Below, piece by piece: positions 26,344-35,834 of a stretch of DNA of 51,200 nucleotides. A program made the position numbers and the translations under genes. Source of the DNA: Clostridia bacterium (GTDB lineage: Bacteria > Bacillota > Clostridia > Christensenellales > DTU072); assembly GCA_028699795.1 (NCBI GenBank), contig JAQVTZ010000001.1, positions 1 through 51,200 on the forward strand, in the 5' to 3' direction. The notes under the pieces were generated by a model that worked only from the letters and a program-made list of their open reading frames with translations, did no database searches and had not been told where the DNA came from. Each line of letters starts with the position of its first letter. Position 1 is the stretch's first letter.

Positions 26344-27195
26344 TCAGTTTGCATCGAGGATGGACTTTGCCCATTGACCGCTTTTTACGATTGACATGAC
26401 AAGGACAATCGAGCCTAAGAGCATGGTGTAAATGACGTTTGTTACGGCGGTCGCGGCGTCTCCTTCGGATGCCGCCGCCGCCAATACAGTTATTAGTGCA
26501 TTGCCAATAATTACATCAAATATTCGCATTACTATTACCATCATGACGCCCTGTAAGCAGACGGCGGCAAAAGCTTTGAAAAACTTGGACGTGACTCGGC
26601 TTATTCCCGCTCCGTCTCCGCCGCCAAGAGGGAAAAAGGCGCATGGAACAGGGCTAACAACCAGATATACATATATTTCAAACATACGTCCGTATGCAAT
26701 AACTTGTACCATAATGCCGCATATTTTAACTGCCATAAGAACAATAAATGAGGAAAGAAAGAGACCGAGAATAGCTCCGAGTCCCGTTGTTTCCGCGAGA
26801 ATGTCCTCGATAGAAGTGTATGCGGTTGTACCAAGCGTCGAGTTAAACGACGCAAGGCTTGTTACCCATTCTTGAGCTTGGACATAACATGCTTTCAAAA
26901 AGTCGGGGGCGATGTCAATACATACTTTTGCAAGAACCATTTTTACGCCCATTTTTAGTCCGTGTTCCCACTTGATTATGTCAACACGAGAGGCTACTTG
27001 TGCAAATTCTATAAGCAGACATATTCCAATAATTACGTAGCAAAAGGGTTTTAGAGTGTTGGATATTGCCAGTACCGTGTCCCAATCGCCTAGACCGTTG
27101 GCGAGTACGTCGGCGGCGTCGGCAAGCATTTCGTCAAAGCCTTGAAGCGATGCTTTCATAAGCCCCGCTAGCCAGTCTTTCATGTCATCAAACAT
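26344..27195 (-). CDS. Polytopic membrane protein, VirB6/TrbL-like
   Basis: 283 aa with at least 5 hydrophobic helices. Lies between the Maff2-like and VirB4 genes, as in Firmicute T4SS modules. Confidence 0.7.
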   Translation of the reverse strand: MFDDMKDWLAGLMKASLQGFDEMLADAADVLANGLGDWDTVLAISNTLKPFCYVIIGICLLIEFAQVASRVDIIKWEHGLKMGVKMVLAKVCIDIAPDFLKACYVQAQEWVTSLASFNSTLGTTAYTSIEDILAETTGLGAILGLFLSSFIVLMAVKICGIMVQVIAYGRMFEIYVYLVVSPVPCAFFPLGGGDGAGISRVTSKFFKAFAAVCLQGVMMVIVMRIFDVIIGNALITVLAAAASEGDAATAVTNVIYTMLLGSIVLVMSIVKSGQWAKSILDAN

Positions 27196-27277
27196 CGTTT
27201 TGCTCCTTACATTGGTGGTACGAGAGTGGAGACTGACAACACATTATAAATGTTGCCAGTCTTCCGCCTCTTTTTCT

Positions 27278-27622
27278 TTAGGCAAAAAATGTGCTTGTAA
27301 GTCCCGCGATAGCGGTTACTATTGCCCCTGCAATGAGCGTCTGAATTCCTCTCGACTTTTGCTCTGCGTCATCGTTTTTCCATCCCAGACCGAACATGAC
27401 GCCGCCGACGAACATAACGACTCCACCGAGGCGAGTAACCCACGTTGCAATCAAATCCGCAACGGTTGTCCATAACGTTTCCGCCGTAGTGCTCGCCGCG
27501 CTTGCCATGCTTATTGCCGTGAGGCTCATAAGTACAATGCAAGTAATCCACATAACATACCTCTCGGCGCGGATTCCACTTTGGATGCTCAGAAGCTCTG
27601 TCTCTTTGTTCACCTTTTTCAC
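27278..27622 (-). CDS. Maff2-family small membrane protein (VirB2-like topology)
   Basis: Long leader ending SMASA-AS (AXA signal-peptidase-type site), then two Gly-rich hydrophobic helices separated by WKNDDAEQKSRG. Confidence 0.65.
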   Translation of the reverse strand: MKKVNKETELLSIQSGIRAERYVMWITCIVLMSLTAISMASAASTTAETLWTTVADLIATWVTRLGGVVMFVGGVMFGLGWKNDDAEQKSRGIQTLIAGAIVTAIAGLTSTFFA

Positions 27623-27687
27623 GATTTGTTCCTCCTTTTTTTTGCGGTTGCTTCTTTTATAAATAACGGCATAACTGCCTATTATTT

Positions 27688-30435
27688 TTAACTGTCGATG
27701 GTGTACTCCGCATTAACGGCGACTACATACCTTGCGATATCGTCTCCGATATCCTCAACGTCTTCTATATAAAGATAATCGCCTTCGTACAGATATTCGT
27801 CTTCTCCGTCTTCCACGTTCATTGTTTCGTTTGGCGCGGGAGCGAGATTTTCTCCTGCGTCCTCAATAATGGCATATAAGTCGCTCGGGGTAACGATAAC
27901 CTCTATCCCGTTTTCCTTGCTGTTTGTAACAACCTCTTCAACGCTGTCGAGGGCAATGAGCGCGTCTACACGAGTATCATCCTCTTCGATGTCGGCGAGA
28001 GTGCCAATATACTCTTCGGCAGAGTACGGGCTTTCTTCGTTTCCGACGGGCGTGTAATGTACGTATGCTTTTCCAAACGAATTAAGCATGCGGGCGGCGT
28101 CCGTATTTATGTATATCTTATTCATTGTTTTACTTATATTCTCCGTTATGTGCTTAACTGATTCGCTTGCGAGCCTCGCCTCTTCTTCGCGGGTGAGGGC
28201 GACGTGCGCTTTTATGTTTACCTCTTCCCTTTTGGTTATTACTTGAGGCGTGTATTTGTAGGACAACGTTCTATCGGCGTCGCTCGTATATCCGTAGTTT
28301 GGGTGCGTTTCATAACTATATTTGGTCGAATAAAACGGGTTTCTTCCGCCGACGATAAACAAGCAATCGGTCTTTGGTATTTTTCGGATTTCGGCGGTGT
28401 CCATGAGGTCGCGCCCGATAACGTCAAAGTTTTGACTGCTTGTTCCGCTTCGTCCTCTTGTTCTCCCCGTTGTTTTTTTGTCGAACGTCCCTTTGCCGAG
28501 TAGTTTGCTCATGTATTCAAGTGTTTCCATGTGGGTGATAGCGCCCAAAAAGAGAAGGGTGTTGCAGTTGTCAACGATTACGCCCCACTCGTCTTTGTAT
28601 AGGTTTTTAATTTGCTCGAGAGACTGTAAGATGGGGACAATTCCAATTCCGAAAGAACGAGCATACGCGAGAATTTTTACAAATTCTGGTATTTTACATG
28701 TGTTTGCAAATTCGTCGAGGATAAACCGCACGGGAACGGGAAGCCTTTGTCGATGGACTTGTGTTGCCGAATATTGAAGCTCTTGAAACATTTGCATGAA
28801 GAGCATTCCCGCGATGAAGTTAAACGTTGGGTCGGTTGGGGGAACAACAACGAAGATTGCCGTTAATTCTTCGCCGATTGTCTCGAGACGCATGGAATCG
28901 TCAGCAAATATTCTTTTTACGGATTTCGTCTTAAATGGCGCGAGTCTTGCGACCGCCGAGATAGCAATCGATTTTGCGGTCTTTCCTGCCGCCTTGCCGC
29001 GAAATTCCCGATACTGTTGTACTCCGATATGGTCTTCTCCGTTGTCTCTTGCAAACGTTTCTACAAAGTAATCGAGGTCGCTATCTTTTTTGTCTTGCTC
29101 TTCTTCGAGTGTCAACATTGAAATGAGGTCATTGACCGTATTCATGTTTCTCTGGTGCGGAACAAATCCGTCACAAACAAAGAAGAATATTGCCTGTAAA
29201 AAGAGCCTTTCCGCCTTGTCCCAGAACGGGTCACTTCCTCCGCGCTTTTCTCCGCCGTCCGTGTTGATAATAATAACCTCAATAAGAGACATCACGCGCT
29301 CTTCGTATCCCGCTCGCTCTGGGTGGATATACATGAATGGGTTATAGCAGTCGGATGCTTCTTTATTGTCTAGGTTCAATACACGAATTTTATATCCCTT
29401 AATCTTTTCGAGAAAGTGTCCGCTCTTTTCGAGAATTTCTCCTTTGGGGTCGGTGATAACATATGAGCTATGCGCTTGCAAAATGTTTGGCATAACAAAG
29501 CCTCTCGTTTTGCCCGAGCCCGAGCCGCCCAGTATGAGCGTGTTGTTGTTGAGGGCATAGTTATAGATACTTATTTTTTCGGTCTTTGTAAACAGAGCGT
29601 CCGCGTTTGCGTACTTTTTTTTGATTTTTTCAATTCGGTCTTTGGCGTGGAAGAAGTAATGGAGGTCTGCATCCCGCTTTTTCTTTTCGGATTCACACGC
29701 CTTCTCGTATTCTTCGCGGGTCATGTACCCCTTTTCTTTCTTGTCTTTAATTGAGGCAAGGGCGCTCTGATAGTCTCGCTTTATTTTTGCGGGCATCCAC
29801 CCTTCTTCATAACTTGCTTGTGCCGCTTCTCTTGCTTCTTTTATTATCGTTGCTTTGCGCCGAGCGTATTCTTTTCGGTCGCCGCGATATTCATCGATGT
29901 TGTTCAGCGCTGTCTTCATCATGCCGTTACTTCTTGCGTCACAGGCTTTTCTAATTTCTTTTTCAGCAAAGTATCGCCCGATTGCGGTTCTGCATTTTTT
30001 TGCTCTTTTTATTTCTTTGAGCATAATGTTGGATGCGGTTAAGTCGCTTATATCTTTTTTAGAGCCCCACACAGCCGTTCCGAATTCTTTTCCTCGGATA
30101 TATTTTTTCTTGTTGGTCGCGATGTAGGCGACAACAATAAACCATACAAAGCATCCCCACATGAGCGCTTTTTTTACGTTTTCATCCCACTTAAAATCTG
30201 TTGTGTTGTTGTTGAGGCTATTTTCGAAGTGCCGCATAAACATTTCGATGTTATTTGGCTTTTGCTTTGCCGCGGCGTCGGCGGGTTGCGTTTGTGCCGC
30301 CTCTGCCGTTTCTTTTTGTTCGGCTTTAACGGCAGTATTAGCCATCCCCGCATGCCATGATATGAACACGACGGCAACAAGCATTACGATTGCAAACAGT
30401 ATCTCGAGCGTGTTGTCTTTTTTCTTCGGCTTCAA
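27688..30435 (-). CDS. VirD4/TraG-family type IV coupling protein (915 aa)
   Basis: N-terminal TM segments, Walker A LILGGSGSGKTRG, and FILDEFAN, a Walker B-like block. Confidence 0.92.
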   Translation of the reverse strand: MKPKKKDNTLEILFAIVMLVAVVFISWHAGMANTAVKAEQKETAEAAQTQPADAAAKQKPNNIEMFMRHFENSLNNNTTDFKWDENVKKALMWGCFVWFIVVAYIATNKKKYIRGKEFGTAVWGSKKDISDLTASNIMLKEIKRAKKCRTAIGRYFAEKEIRKACDARSNGMMKTALNNIDEYRGDRKEYARRKATIIKEAREAAQASYEEGWMPAKIKRDYQSALASIKDKKEKGYMTREEYEKACESEKKKRDADLHYFFHAKDRIEKIKKKYANADALFTKTEKISIYNYALNNNTLILGGSGSGKTRGFVMPNILQAHSSYVITDPKGEILEKSGHFLEKIKGYKIRVLNLDNKEASDCYNPFMYIHPERAGYEERVMSLIEVIIINTDGGEKRGGSDPFWDKAERLFLQAIFFFVCDGFVPHQRNMNTVNDLISMLTLEEEQDKKDSDLDYFVETFARDNGEDHIGVQQYREFRGKAAGKTAKSIAISAVARLAPFKTKSVKRIFADDSMRLETIGEELTAIFVVVPPTDPTFNFIAGMLFMQMFQELQYSATQVHRQRLPVPVRFILDEFANTCKIPEFVKILAYARSFGIGIVPILQSLEQIKNLYKDEWGVIVDNCNTLLFLGAITHMETLEYMSKLLGKGTFDKKTTGRTRGRSGTSSQNFDVIGRDLMDTAEIRKIPKTDCLFIVGGRNPFYSTKYSYETHPNYGYTSDADRTLSYKYTPQVITKREEVNIKAHVALTREEEARLASESVKHITENISKTMNKIYINTDAARMLNSFGKAYVHYTPVGNEESPYSAEEYIGTLADIEEDDTRVDALIALDSVEEVVTNSKENGIEVIVTPSDLYAIIEDAGENLAPAPNETMNVEDGEDEYLYEGDYLYIEDVEDIGDDIARYVVAVNAEYTIDS

Positions 30436-30465
30436 CTTGTTGTGCTCCTTTTCGTCTTCGTTTCG

Positions 30466-30480
30466 TCCTCACGGTGAGGA
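30466..30480. promoter_or_regulatory. 15-bp palindrome TCCTCAC-G-GTGAGGA (site 6)
   Basis: Perfect copy in the 48-bp gap between the PcfB-like gene and the coupling-protein gene. Confidence 0.75.
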
Positions 30481-30483
30481 ATA

Positions 30484-32124
30484 TTACCGCTCCATTGACT
30501 TGTTTGCGGACGTTTTCGATAGGTCGGGGGCTTCGGGTGTTGCCGCCGCTTTTTGGGCGCGGTTATTTTTTATGTCGTCTTTGTACGCTTCCATTGTTCT
30601 TGTTTTTTCGGGCGCGTTGATATCCTTCGCGGTGTCTTTTTCGGTCTCTGCCGCTCGTTCTTCAACTGTTTTGGAAAGCTCCTTCTCGGTCTCTGAGCGG
30701 ACGATGTTCTCGGATTGCATTGCGTTAATCTCTTCTCTTCCGCTTATAAAGCCTTCTTTTGTTGACTCTAATTCCGACTTTTCGGTTTCTAATTCCGCGA
30801 GCTTTTCGGTCGCCGCGGTGTGGGCGGGTGTGCCTGTTTGTGTTACAAGCACTTCGCTTCGAGCAAGAGCGATTTCGTTTTCAATGTTAGACAGGGACTC
30901 AATATTATGAATTTGACGCCCGATAAGCGTTGCCTCAGCAACGTTTGTCTTTTGGGCGTCTGTCATTTCGTTTGTTACGGTCATTGCTTTTCCCGTTTGG
31001 CTGTCAAGCACCGCGCCGTTCTGATACGTTGCGCCGCATTTGTCGAGCTGTTGCTCGAGATTTGTTTTTGCGGTCGCATAGTCGCTTTCTTCGATGGCGT
31101 TTTTAACGGGGGTTAATTCGATTTGGTTTTGGGTTTTGTATTCAGTAAGAAATTTCTGATACTCTTCGAGCGAATAAAACTTGATGACGGCATCTGACAT
31201 TTGAGACGTCTCTTTCATCTGTTTTTTTGTATCTACCCAATACGTAGGGGAGCGTCCGTCAAAACGTCCGTCGTTTGTCTCGAGCAGGAGTTTACTCTGG
31301 TTGAATATTTTATAATCCGTCTTGATGTATTCCTTTTCGTTGTACATTGCCTTTTGCGGAACACATACAATGTATTTATTAGGGTCTTTTGCATCAACAA
31401 CAAAGGCGACCGTTTCCTTGTCAATTTTTCCGCCTGTCCAACGGTCAAGGGCGCTATCAAAATCAACGCCTCTTTGGGTTTTTCCGTCGACCACTCTTTC
31501 AACGACGTTCATGGTTTGCTCGTCGTTAAGGAGCGCACGGTTTTTATTGCGTATCACGTCAATTTCTTTTTTAAGTCCGTCAATGGTCAATCGGTCGACG
31601 TTTGAAATCTCTCCTTGACCTTTAATAGTTTCAATGTGGTTTTGTATCTTTTCGACCATCTTATCGTCGTTTAATCGCAACACAAGCGACCTAAATCGCG
31701 TTACATCCGATTCTTTACATTCAAGCATAAATTCTTTTGCGCCTGTTTCAAGGTTTTTTCTCCCGTCGCCTACTGCGGAAATGACGATGCCTTCCCGCTT
31801 GCATTGCTGTCCGAGCTCTCTAAAATCGTTTTTATCAAGGCTCACCCCGAGAACCGTCAGCGGCACATTTGCCGCAATCAGCTTTTTGTGTGCCACGAAT
31901 CCGTAGATTCCGTCTATTTTTTCAACGGCTTTCCGTTGGTTATCGTCAAGCTTTGCACCTCTCAGCTTTAGAACGTCGAGTTTGTGTTCCACGGACAAAT
32001 TTTTTTCCATTTTGTCATAGATGGCTTTTATCAGCGCGAGCAAGGCGTCTATCATCTTTGTGGCTACGTTTCCCATAACCTTTACGCCTACATTTCCCAC
32101 TTCGCTTCCTAAGTCTTGCCTCAT
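30484..32124 (-). CDS. PcfB/DUF3801-like protein (546 aa), first gene of the transfer operon
   Basis: The N-terminal ~120 aa (VATKMIDALLALIKAIYDK..LRGAKLDD..YGFVAHKKLIAANVPLTVLGVSL..DFRELGQQCKREGIV) resemble DUF3801 (from memory). AGGGGG RBS. Confidence 0.65.
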   Translation of the reverse strand: MRQDLGSEVGNVGVKVMGNVATKMIDALLALIKAIYDKMEKNLSVEHKLDVLKLRGAKLDDNQRKAVEKIDGIYGFVAHKKLIAANVPLTVLGVSLDKNDFRELGQQCKREGIVISAVGDGRKNLETGAKEFMLECKESDVTRFRSLVLRLNDDKMVEKIQNHIETIKGQGEISNVDRLTIDGLKKEIDVIRNKNRALLNDEQTMNVVERVVDGKTQRGVDFDSALDRWTGGKIDKETVAFVVDAKDPNKYIVCVPQKAMYNEKEYIKTDYKIFNQSKLLLETNDGRFDGRSPTYWVDTKKQMKETSQMSDAVIKFYSLEEYQKFLTEYKTQNQIELTPVKNAIEESDYATAKTNLEQQLDKCGATYQNGAVLDSQTGKAMTVTNEMTDAQKTNVAEATLIGRQIHNIESLSNIENEIALARSEVLVTQTGTPAHTAATEKLAELETEKSELESTKEGFISGREEINAMQSENIVRSETEKELSKTVEERAAETEKDTAKDINAPEKTRTMEAYKDDIKNNRAQKAAATPEAPDLSKTSANKSMER

Positions 32125-32158
32125 GTTGCGCCCCCTTCATTTTTTGACGTGCGTATCA

Positions 32159-32173
32159 TGTATTGCCAATACA
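32159..32173. promoter_or_regulatory. Candidate operator, 7-1-7 palindrome TGTATTG-C-CAATACA
   Basis: Perfect odd palindrome directly downstream of the -10 of the transfer-operon promoter, overlapping the expected start site. Confidence 0.55.
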
Positions 32174-32177
32174 ATAC

Positions 32178-32206
32178 AGTATACACAGACAGCCTCAATT
32201 TTACAA
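32178..32206 (-). promoter_or_regulatory. Promoter of the minus-strand transfer operon
   Basis: Minus strand reads TTGTAA, 17 nt, TATACT with an upstream TG (gtgTATACT). About 50 nt upstream of ATG 32124. Confidence 0.6.
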
Positions 32207-32277
32207 TACATTTTGTCATCTTTTTTATTTGCTTTCAACTCATATTATCTTGTTAAGTATAAACGAGCGATTGCATA

Positions 32278-32306
32278 TTGACATCATATGTACATTGTGT
32301 TATAAT
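32278..32306 (+). promoter_or_regulatory. Sigma-A type promoter, ATGTAC-spacer family
   Basis: TTGACA, 17 nt (tcatATGTACattgtgt), TATAAT. Divergent from the transfer-operon promoter. Confidence 0.8.
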
Positions 32307-32332
32307 GATTATGTCATTAGGAGGGCATATCA

Positions 32333-33043
32333 ATGAATGGATTTGGAAGTATTCTTGAGTCGTGGTATTTGTCTGATAAATTTTTTCGCACGAGCGACGG
32401 CAAGGCGGTCGTGAAGATGTATGACGGAGGCGGACGTTTTGCAAATAGCGTTATTATGCCTACTTCCCTATACCCCCTTAATGGTGTTCCTCGTGTTTTT
32501 CATCACCACAACACTTCCATTGTCGACGACATGAGCGTGTTGTCTGCCTTCGATGCCGTTAGTTATAAAATAGGTCGTTGCTATGATAATAACGAGCGGG
32601 TTGTTGAAGAGCTTCGCCTTCGCAACGTGTCGGTATTTCCGTATGCGGGGTGGGCGTTTATTGGCAAGAACCAACTGCCCGTTCATCATTCGTGGGCGGT
32701 TGTTGGTAATAGCGTAATCGACCTTGCCGATGATTATACTCTTCTTGCTTCGGGGCGCCATGTTCCTGCGCCCGCTGAGAATGAGTCGATTGACAAGATG
32801 CGTTTGAAACTTGCATCGTTTTTTGAAATAACGAGCAAGTTTAAGAACTCTGTTCGTTGTTCTCCTGTTGGAGTCCCGACGCCTTTTATGCTTTATGTGG
32901 GCGCTCCTTGTGAACCGTCTGACGCCAGAAAGACATATCAGGCGCTTATGCGCGAGTATCCCCGTCATGAGGCACAGCGAAATGTTGACCCTTCTGGATT
33001 CAACGCGACGCAAAGGATATTTTACGATAAAGGCTTAATGTAG
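32333..33043 (+). CDS. Hypothetical protein with a putative papain/transglutaminase-like Cys-His-Asp core (236 aa)
   Basis: AGGAGGG RBS. Blocks GRCYDNN .. GWAF .. HHSWAVV .. VIDLA align with GRECYKNA .. GFAY .. PHAWAVD .. VIDPT of 46493-47026. Confidence 0.6.
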   Translation: MNGFGSILESWYLSDKFFRTSDGKAVVKMYDGGGRFANSVIMPTSLYPLNGVPRVFHHHNTSIVDDMSVLSAFDAVSYKIGRCYDNNERVVEELRLRNVSVFPYAGWAFIGKNQLPVHHSWAVVGNSVIDLADDYTLLASGRHVPAPAENESIDKMRLKLASFFEITSKFKNSVRCSPVGVPTPFMLYVGAPCEPSDARKTYQALMREYPRHEAQRNVDPSGFNATQRIFYDKGLM

Positions 33044-33077
33044 CTATTCCTTTTGTATCAGCGCGAGTGGCTTTCCA

Positions 33078-33323
33078 CTTGCCTTCGGACGGACGTCGGA
33101 ACGCACAAGAGCTTTCGCGACATAAACCGCTACGCTTTTTATTTCACGGTCTCTTGTACATTCCTTGCATGCGGGCTTTTTCGACTTTGCCGAAACCGAC
33201 GCTGATTTTTCAAATCAGGGTTCGGTTTCGTTTTACTCAGCCTATCCCGCATTGTCCGCCTCGGCATTCTTTTGCGGGGCTACGCGCCCCGCTACCCCCC
33301 CGACCTCACCAACGCTGATTTTC
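33078..33323 (+). repeat. Dispersed structured repeat, copy B (shorter at both ends, no palindrome)
   Basis: Aligns with 49975-50218 of copy E. Several substitutions fall in the long hairpin (GACTTT.., ..TTTCGTTTT). Confidence 0.85.
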
Positions 33324-33367
33324 ACACTTCTTTTTTGTAATTCTTTTATGTTTGTTTGTTTATATAC

Positions 33368-33396
33368 TTGACATTATATGTACGGCGTGTTATAAT
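33368..33396 (+). promoter_or_regulatory. Sigma-A type promoter, ATGTAC-spacer family, with conserved leader
   Basis: TTGACA, 17 nt (ttatATGTACggcgtgt), TATAAT. The leader starts AGAGTAAAGAGA. Confidence 0.8.
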
Positions 33397-33445
33397 GAGA
33401 GAGTAAAGAGAAAGTGCTTCAGGGCTATGGAAAGAGGTAGTAAAA

Positions 33446-33781
33446 ATGAAATCGTTAGAGAACATCTACAAGGACATCAAAAAGGACTCTATGATTGTTT
33501 TATGCAAAAACATTCTAGTCAGAAGTGATGGTAAGGTTGTTGAAACTTACCACGACAAGAAAAACATGTGCTACATCGATGTTGTTTTCGAATCGGGTAA
33601 AGTGTTTTCTATCGGAAAGCGGACAAACATAAGATTATACGTATCCGACCTAATCAAAAACTGCCAGTCTCAGATGGAACAGATAGTAGGAGAAGATGAC
33701 GGATTAACCATAGAAGAAAAGGATAACATAATTGACAGGCTGAATATGGTTATCAATGGACATGCGAACTTGCAGGAATAG
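33446..33781 (+). CDS. Hypothetical protein (111 aa)
   Basis: ORF track. AGAGGTAG-type SD. No motif recognised. Confidence 0.6.
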   Translation: MKSLENIYKDIKKDSMIVLCKNILVRSDGKVVETYHDKKNMCYIDVVFESGKVFSIGKRTNIRLYVSDLIKNCQSQMEQIVGEDDGLTIEEKDNIIDRLNMVINGHANLQE

Positions 33782-33793
33782 GAAAGAGAGGAA

Positions 33794-34048
33794 ATGGTCA
33801 TGACGACATGTGAAATGATTCAGAGGGTTGCTTTTGATAATAGTGTTGGAATTGGCGAGGTCTACGAGGATTTGGACAAAGGACATACTGTTATTTCTGT
33901 CGAAATCAGATGGGGCGATTGGAAACACGACCATTTGCGTTTTGATTATCTAATGCAAAACGTACTTCATGCCAAGCGTTGTGAGTCGGTTGTCGTTGAG
34001 GAAGATGGTTCGGATTGTTATTCGGCGATACACATATACTACTTTTAG
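33794..34048 (+). CDS. Hypothetical protein (84 aa)
   Basis: ORF track. GAGAGGAAA upstream. No motif recognised. Confidence 0.55.
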   Translation: MVMTTCEMIQRVAFDNSVGIGEVYEDLDKGHTVISVEIRWGDWKHDHLRFDYLMQNVLHAKRCESVVVEEDGSDCYSAIHIYYF

Positions 34049-34198
34049 TCGGCGGCGCTTGCGGAGGAGGTATTAAAATGTATACTTTTTGCCCCCTCCT
34101 CTTTCCTTTCGTTTTTGTGGTTTCTAAATCTCTTGTTCTTTTATTTTGCAAGTTGCATAATGTTTGTGTGGCATTTTAATACTTATGGAGGGATTTTT

Positions 34199-34837
34199 GT
34201 GCAACGAGTTTTTGGATACAATCGGGTTTCGACGATGGAACAGCACCTCGACCGCGGACGCAAGCGAATTGAAGACTTTTGTGCTTCTCGCGGTTACAAC
34301 CTTGTTCGCGTTTTTGAGGACAAAGTGTCTGGGCGGTCGTTTGCGCGTCCTCGATATACTGTCATGAAAGAGGACGTTCTTGCTTCGGGCGATATTCTTG
34401 TTGTCCCCGAATTCGACCGCCTCGGGCGAGCGGATGAAACGAGGAGCGAGTTGCAATATTATGTTGCCAACAATATCCGCGTTGTTTTTCTTGATATTCC
34501 AACGACCCAGATTGATTATGCGGCAATGCCCGATGCTACGGCGAGGATGGTCATGTCGTGCATCAATGATATGCTTATCAGCTTCTATGACCTCATGTCT
34601 CGAACAGAGCTCGAGCGGCGAGCGAAGCGTCAGCGGGAAGGAATACAGGCAAAGAAAGACAGGGGCGAGTGGGCGTCTTACGGCAGACCGCGAGTTATGG
34701 CGATTGAAGAATTTACCCGCGCTTACGAGCGAGTTGAGCGGGGAGAAATTGGGAGTCTTGCTCTGATGCGCGAGCTCGGGCTTAATCGCGACACTTTCTT
34801 TCGTTATGTTCGGGAAGCAAAAGCATCAAAAAAATAG
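34199..34837 (+). CDS. Small serine recombinase (resolvase/invertase family)
   Basis: Start set to the in-frame GTG 34199 behind GGAGGGA. Catalytic GYNRVSTMEQ, VVPEFDRLGR, and a C-terminal HTH (LMRELGLNRDTFFRYV). Confidence 0.85.
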   Translation: MQRVFGYNRVSTMEQHLDRGRKRIEDFCASRGYNLVRVFEDKVSGRSFARPRYTVMKEDVLASGDILVVPEFDRLGRADETRSELQYYVANNIRVVFLDIPTTQIDYAAMPDATARMVMSCINDMLISFYDLMSRTELERRAKRQREGIQAKKDRGEWASYGRPRVMAIEEFTRAYERVERGEIGSLALMRELGLNRDTFFRYVREAKASKK

Positions 34838-34851
34838 TGCCGTCAGGATAC

Positions 34852-34880
34852 TTGACAGATTATGTACATCGTGTTATATT
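34852..34880 (+). promoter_or_regulatory. Sigma-A type promoter, ATGTAC-spacer family
   Basis: TTGACA, 17 nt (gattATGTACatcgtgt), TATATT. Confidence 0.75.
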
Positions 34881-34917
34881 CATATTATATACAAATGTCT
34901 TATGAAGGAGGTTTAAT

Positions 34918-35274
34918 ATGACGAGTTATTTTGCATTGCGGGTAAGCCCGCGGCTTAAAGATGATTTTTATGCGTTTTGCAAGCGCAAGGGCGTGTCGGC
35001 GGGTACGGCGGTTAAAATGTTTGTAAAAAGCTTCCTTTCCGTCGGAGCTGACAAGTTGGGTTGGTCTCTTCTCAACAGCGATAGCGTTGTTTACGGAGAA
35101 GGGGATAATCCTGCGCGGGTTTCTATTCTTATGGACGCTGAGTTGCGGAGGGCGTTTTCGGATGCTTGTGCGGAGATTGGCGTTCCAATGAGCGTCGTCG
35201 TGAGGTCGTTCATGTTTTTTGTTGTTAAGAACGACTCGTTCCCGTTTCAGGATGGGAAGGCGGGTTGTCCATGA
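34918..35274 (+). CDS. Tandem RelB/DinJ-like ribbon-helix-helix protein (118 aa)
   Basis: Two DinJ-like units: FALRVSPRLKDDFYAFCKRKGVSAGTAVKMFVKSFL and RVSILMDAELRRAFSDACAEIGVPMSVVVRSFMFFVVKNDSFPF. GAAGGAGG RBS. Confidence 0.7.
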   Translation: MTSYFALRVSPRLKDDFYAFCKRKGVSAGTAVKMFVKSFLSVGADKLGWSLLNSDSVVYGEGDNPARVSILMDAELRRAFSDACAEIGVPMSVVVRSFMFFVVKNDSFPFQDGKAGCP

Positions 35275-35834
35275 ATATTGGTGAGGTTTATGCGGCGGGG
35301 GTTTCTTACCCGTCTTTTGCGACTCAGACAGACGGATATCGGCTAGAGTTTACCGATGACGGCGGGTTTGTCCTTTACTGTTTTGTGGATGGAATTACGG
35401 ACTTTGAAGCGAAAGAGTTTGAGGGCGGTAAGTCGGTTTCCGTGCGGTATACCGTTATAAACGACATCAGCTATTGGTGTTTTAAGTTTGGTGTTCTGCC
35501 GTGGGGCGATTGCCCTTTCTCTCCTTCGCTGTATTTGGATGCGGGACGCCCCGTTTCTTTTGACGACGTTCTTCCTGACGGGGTTGGTTATTCTGTAACC
35601 ATCCTGCTTATCGAATCGTCTACGGGTACGGTGCGGTATATTCGCATGATTGGTCTCGGGCATGAATTTTCCGTCTCTTTTCAAGCGTGGGCGTCGGGCG
35701 CGGCGAAAGAACCGCTCGGAGGCAAAATTGAGTACAACACGCGTATAAACGATGTGTATAATGTTTATGATGTCAACGAGCTCGCGAAGCGTGGACGGGC
35801 GAATGGTTTTATTTTGGAAGGAAGCGATACATAA
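35271..35834 (+). CDS. Hypothetical protein (187 aa), translationally coupled to the DinJ-like gene
   Basis: ATGA overlap at 35271-35274. No motif recognised. Confidence 0.6.
   Translation: MNIGEVYAAGVSYPSFATQTDGYRLEFTDDGGFVLYCFVDGITDFEAKEFEGGKSVSVRYTVINDISYWCFKFGVLPWGDCPFSPSLYLDAGRPVSFDDVLPDGVGYSVTILLIESSTGTVRYIRMIGLGHEFSVSFQAWASGAAKEPLGGKIEYNTRINDVYNVYDVNELAKRGRANGFILEGSDT

Noticed and set aside
8472-32124. A prophage or ICE interpretation of the window.
   Set aside because: No capsid, tail, terminase or integrase genes were seen. The presence of rep, parAB, a resolvase and oriT-relaxase argues for an autonomous conjugative plasmid, although the full replicon is not visible in this window.
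34064-34101. A possible terminator after 33794-34048 (GAGGAGG ..24 nt.. CCTCCTC).
   Set aside because: The loop is too large and the T-tract is interrupted. It is not confident enough to list as a feature.
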